From a virus (lineage: Duplodnaviria > Caudoviricetes), in the IMG/VR virus record IMGVR_UViG_3300030389_003243, positions 1 to 26,629 of that record: a stretch of 26,629 nt of DNA, one strand, 5' to 3'. Positions 24,460 to 26,629 of this stretch are shown here, piece after piece. Position 1 is the stretch's first letter. Each line of letters begins with the position of its first letter. The position numbers were made by a program, and so were the translations under genes. Under the pieces are notes generated by a model. It did not search any database, had not been told where the DNA came from, and saw only the letters and a program-made list of their open reading frames with translations.

Positions 24460-26629
24460 ATGGGTTATAGTGCTGAAAATAATAAAATTTTAACACAACT
24501 TCATGCAGACCTTTTAGATAAAGTATTACAAAGTTTTCCTAGTGAAGCAATATCTATACAAGAATTTAGAAAAAAAATTTTTTTTGATTTATTACAAAAC
24601 GATAGCGAAGTTTACAGGTCACATGTTGATATATTTAATGATGTAATAGAAGATTTTGTAACAGGTAGAAAATACAATCCTTTAAAACTAACAGATGTAT
24701 CTAATTATCTAAAAACTACTTTAAACATGTATTTAGATAATAGTAAAGAAGTCCCCGGTCCTTTAATAGATGGTTTAATACATGGTAGTGATGATAAAGT
24801 GTTAGAGTTTGCAAATAATATATTACTCCCTGTTATGGAAGAACTTGAAATAAAAAATTTACCTGAAAGAGAACCTTTGGTAAATTTTGGTGGTGGAGAG
24901 TTTAGAATTCCTTTAGCTCGTAACATAGAAGCGGGAGGCAATGTAAAATTTGGCACTAACACAGAAATAGAAAGATTACAGTTAAGAAGAATATATGACA
25001 AATTTGATGAGTTTGCAAAAGCAAATCCTAATATGACCATTAATGATTTAAAAATATTTGTACAAGATAACGACACTTATGTAAACTTAGTATCTTTTTT
25101 GAATAATGAAATAACTCAATATGAATTTGGCAATATGTATTCTGCTGTTCCAGGAACAGAAGCTGTACGCCCTAATTTACACATTGCACAAACTATGTTA
25201 GATAGTATTGATGAGATAGCACCTTCTTTATCTGTAACTGAAATTAATAAATTAGTTTCTTTAATTGATGACTTTGATATGCAGGATTTTAATAAATTTT
25301 CAGAAATATTAGAACAAGATTTTGGAAAAACTAGATTAAAAATACAAGACTATGACACTTTCAAATTTGCAAGTGGAGTAGAAGATAATAAAGCTGTTCG
25401 TATACAATTTATAAAAGACAAATTAATACAATATGTGGAGGATTTTGTTGACCAAGCAAATGCTTATATTACAAATAATGGAGAATTATTTGGACCTTCA
25501 CATGTGCTTTATCGCAGAGGAATGAATGCAAAAAAATTCAGAAAAGTTTTTAAAGAAGGCTTTATCGAAAGCGGTATTGTAGATTTAGAAATACTATTAA
25601 AAAACTCTGCAGACCCTGTAGGTTTTTTACAATCTTTGGATGATAGCCATGCTGCAGGAAATGTAAGTTTTGACAACCCCCCTTATGTTTCTGAAAAATT
25701 ATTAGCATCATTAAACGAAAAATTCAATTTAAATACTGATGGTATGCTAAATACGAGTATTTATTTAGGAGATAAATTTCAGGATTTTACTATTGCAGAA
25801 TTAGCTGCAGAAGTATTTGATTATCCTAACAGAGATGACTTTGAAAATATAACACCAATTTTTGATAAATTAGAAAAATATAATAATTTAATTGATGACA
25901 CAGGGGACATAGAGGGTTTTGACACACCTACAGTAGACACACCTACAGATGTAGTAGCAAATGTAGTAGATAGTCAAACAATTAAAAATTTAGAAACAGA
26001 ATTAAAAAATAAATATCCTGATTTAGAAACTTTAAAATTAGAGTTTAATGAAATCAAAGGAAAAGAAAACATATACAAAAAAGCAGATTACTTTGCAGGT
26101 AAAGACTATATATATTTAAATAGTATAGATGTATTTGAAGATGCAAGAGGTCAAGGTGTAGGAGATAATGTTATGAAAGAACTTATTGCTTTTGCAGACA
26201 AAAATGATATACCTATATTATTAGATACTAGAGGTGGAGATACAGGTTTAACAAAATTTTATGCAAAATATGGTTTTCTAAATACAGGAAAAATATTTTC
26301 TGCACAACAAGCCACAATAGATGGAAGTTTTAGATTAGTAACTGCTGAATTAATTAGACAACCAAGAGATTTAGCAGGTAAAGCAACGACAATAGGAGAA
26401 GATGGTGTACATAAAAATTACGCAGAAGCAAAACAAGCAGCAGCAAATTCAACAGGTCCAATGTACACAAATGAACAACTTGATGAATTACGATATATGG
26501 AAGCACCTAGTATTGCAGGAATAGACACACCTACAAATGTAGTAGATGCACCTAAATTTAAAGTAGAAAATGTTCCTAATCCTAAACAAGTAGCAACTTT
26601 ACAAATTGATGGTATGTTACACGCTCAAC
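24460..26629 (+). CDS. Large multi-domain protein, 3'-truncated (>=723 aa), containing a GNAT acetyltransferase domain; not in ORF track
   Basis: AAGGA RBS; hand translation is open to the window end; GNAT motifs IYLNSIDVFEDARGQGVG..VMKELIAFAD and LTKFYAKYGF at about 26100-26280. Confidence 0.85.
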   Translation, partial: MGYSAENNKILTQLHADLLDKVLQSFPSEAISIQEFRKKIFFDLLQNDSEVYRSHVDIFNDVIEDFVTGRKYNPLKLTDVSNYLKTTLNMYLDNSKEVPGPLIDGLIHGSDDKVLEFANNILLPVMEELEIKNLPEREPLVNFGGGEFRIPLARNIEAGGNVKFGTNTEIERLQLRRIYDKFDEFAKANPNMTINDLKIFVQDNDTYVNLVSFLNNEITQYEFGNMYSAVPGTEAVRPNLHIAQTMLDSIDEIAPSLSVTEINKLVSLIDDFDMQDFNKFSEILEQDFGKTRLKIQDYDTFKFASGVEDNKAVRIQFIKDKLIQYVEDFVDQANAYITNNGELFGPSHVLYRRGMNAKKFRKVFKEGFIESGIVDLEILLKNSADPVGFLQSLDDSHAAGNVSFDNPPYVSEKLLASLNEKFNLNTDGMLNTSIYLGDKFQDFTIAELAAEVFDYPNRDDFENITPIFDKLEKYNNLIDDTGDIEGFDTPTVDTPTDVVANVVDSQTIKNLETELKNKYPDLETLKLEFNEIKGKENIYKKADYFAGKDYIYLNSIDVFEDARGQGVGDNVMKELIAFADKNDIPILLDTRGGDTGLTKFYAKYGFLNTGKIFSAQQATIDGSFRLVTAELIRQPRDLAGKATTIGEDGVHKNYAEAKQAAANSTGPMYTNEQLDELRYMEAPSIAGIDTPTNVVDAPKFKVENVPNPKQVATLQIDGMLHAQ
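25921..26547 (+). repeat. Direct repeats encoding a DTPT(D/N)VV linker and bracketing the GNAT domain
   Basis: TAGACACACCTACA(G/A)ATGTAGTAG at 25934-25957 and 26522-26545 (23/24 identical); partial copies at 25921-25932 and 25958-25971. Confidence 0.85.

Noticed and set aside
95-25076. Antisense or alternate-frame track ORFs (e.g. 95-430, 442-624, 3506-3718, 4758-4946, 5018-5254, 6889-7083, 7623-7841, 8017-8199, 10458-10781, 12146-12541, 16396-21390 set, 24705-25076)
   Set aside because: Shadows of well-supported genes with RBS and coupling on the other strand or frame.
25501-25527. HVLYRRGMN, resembling the ADP-ribosyltransferase LYRG strand
   Set aside because: Imperfect match and no downstream STS or ExE motifs seen.
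25672-25686. DNPPY, resembling adenine methyltransferase motif IV
   Set aside because: No convincing SAM-binding motif I or MTase context in the translation; probably chance.

Overview
Low-GC (roughly one-third G+C by eye) tailed dsDNA phage genome segment, probably podovirus-like. An actinophage-type holin, metallophosphoesterase and secreted transglycosylase together with the low GC suggest a low-GC aquatic actinobacterial host such as Ca. Actinomarina (inference). Layout: (i) 1-1989 (+), end of the late/lysis unit: DUF5675-like protein, holin, metallophosphoesterase; (ii) 1969-8756 (-), a complete early arm of about 19 small genes including a PD-(D/E)xK-like protein, SLT transglycosylase, Sak/Rad52-like annealase, HTH protein, DUF5049-like protein and SprT-like protease; (iii) 8757-10420, a divergent non-coding region full of promoters and structured-RNA candidates; (iv) 10421-26629 (+), eight tiny basic proteins, a terminase large subunit with fused Zn-finger/HTH, portal, and very large probable internal virion proteins. 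Most striking: 18 copies of the palindrome TGTTTAAACA (16 of them between 1.1 and 9.9 kb, inside and between genes); repeated intergenic modules of overlapping hairpins whose mismatches are G-U pairs specifically on the transcribed (-) strand; an ORF-free chain of stem-enclosed RNA cassettes at 5973-6409; a GNAT domain bracketed by 24-bp direct repeats in the last ORF; and a possible SAM-lyase-like domain inside the 2146-aa protein. All family calls are motif recognition by eye, not database results.
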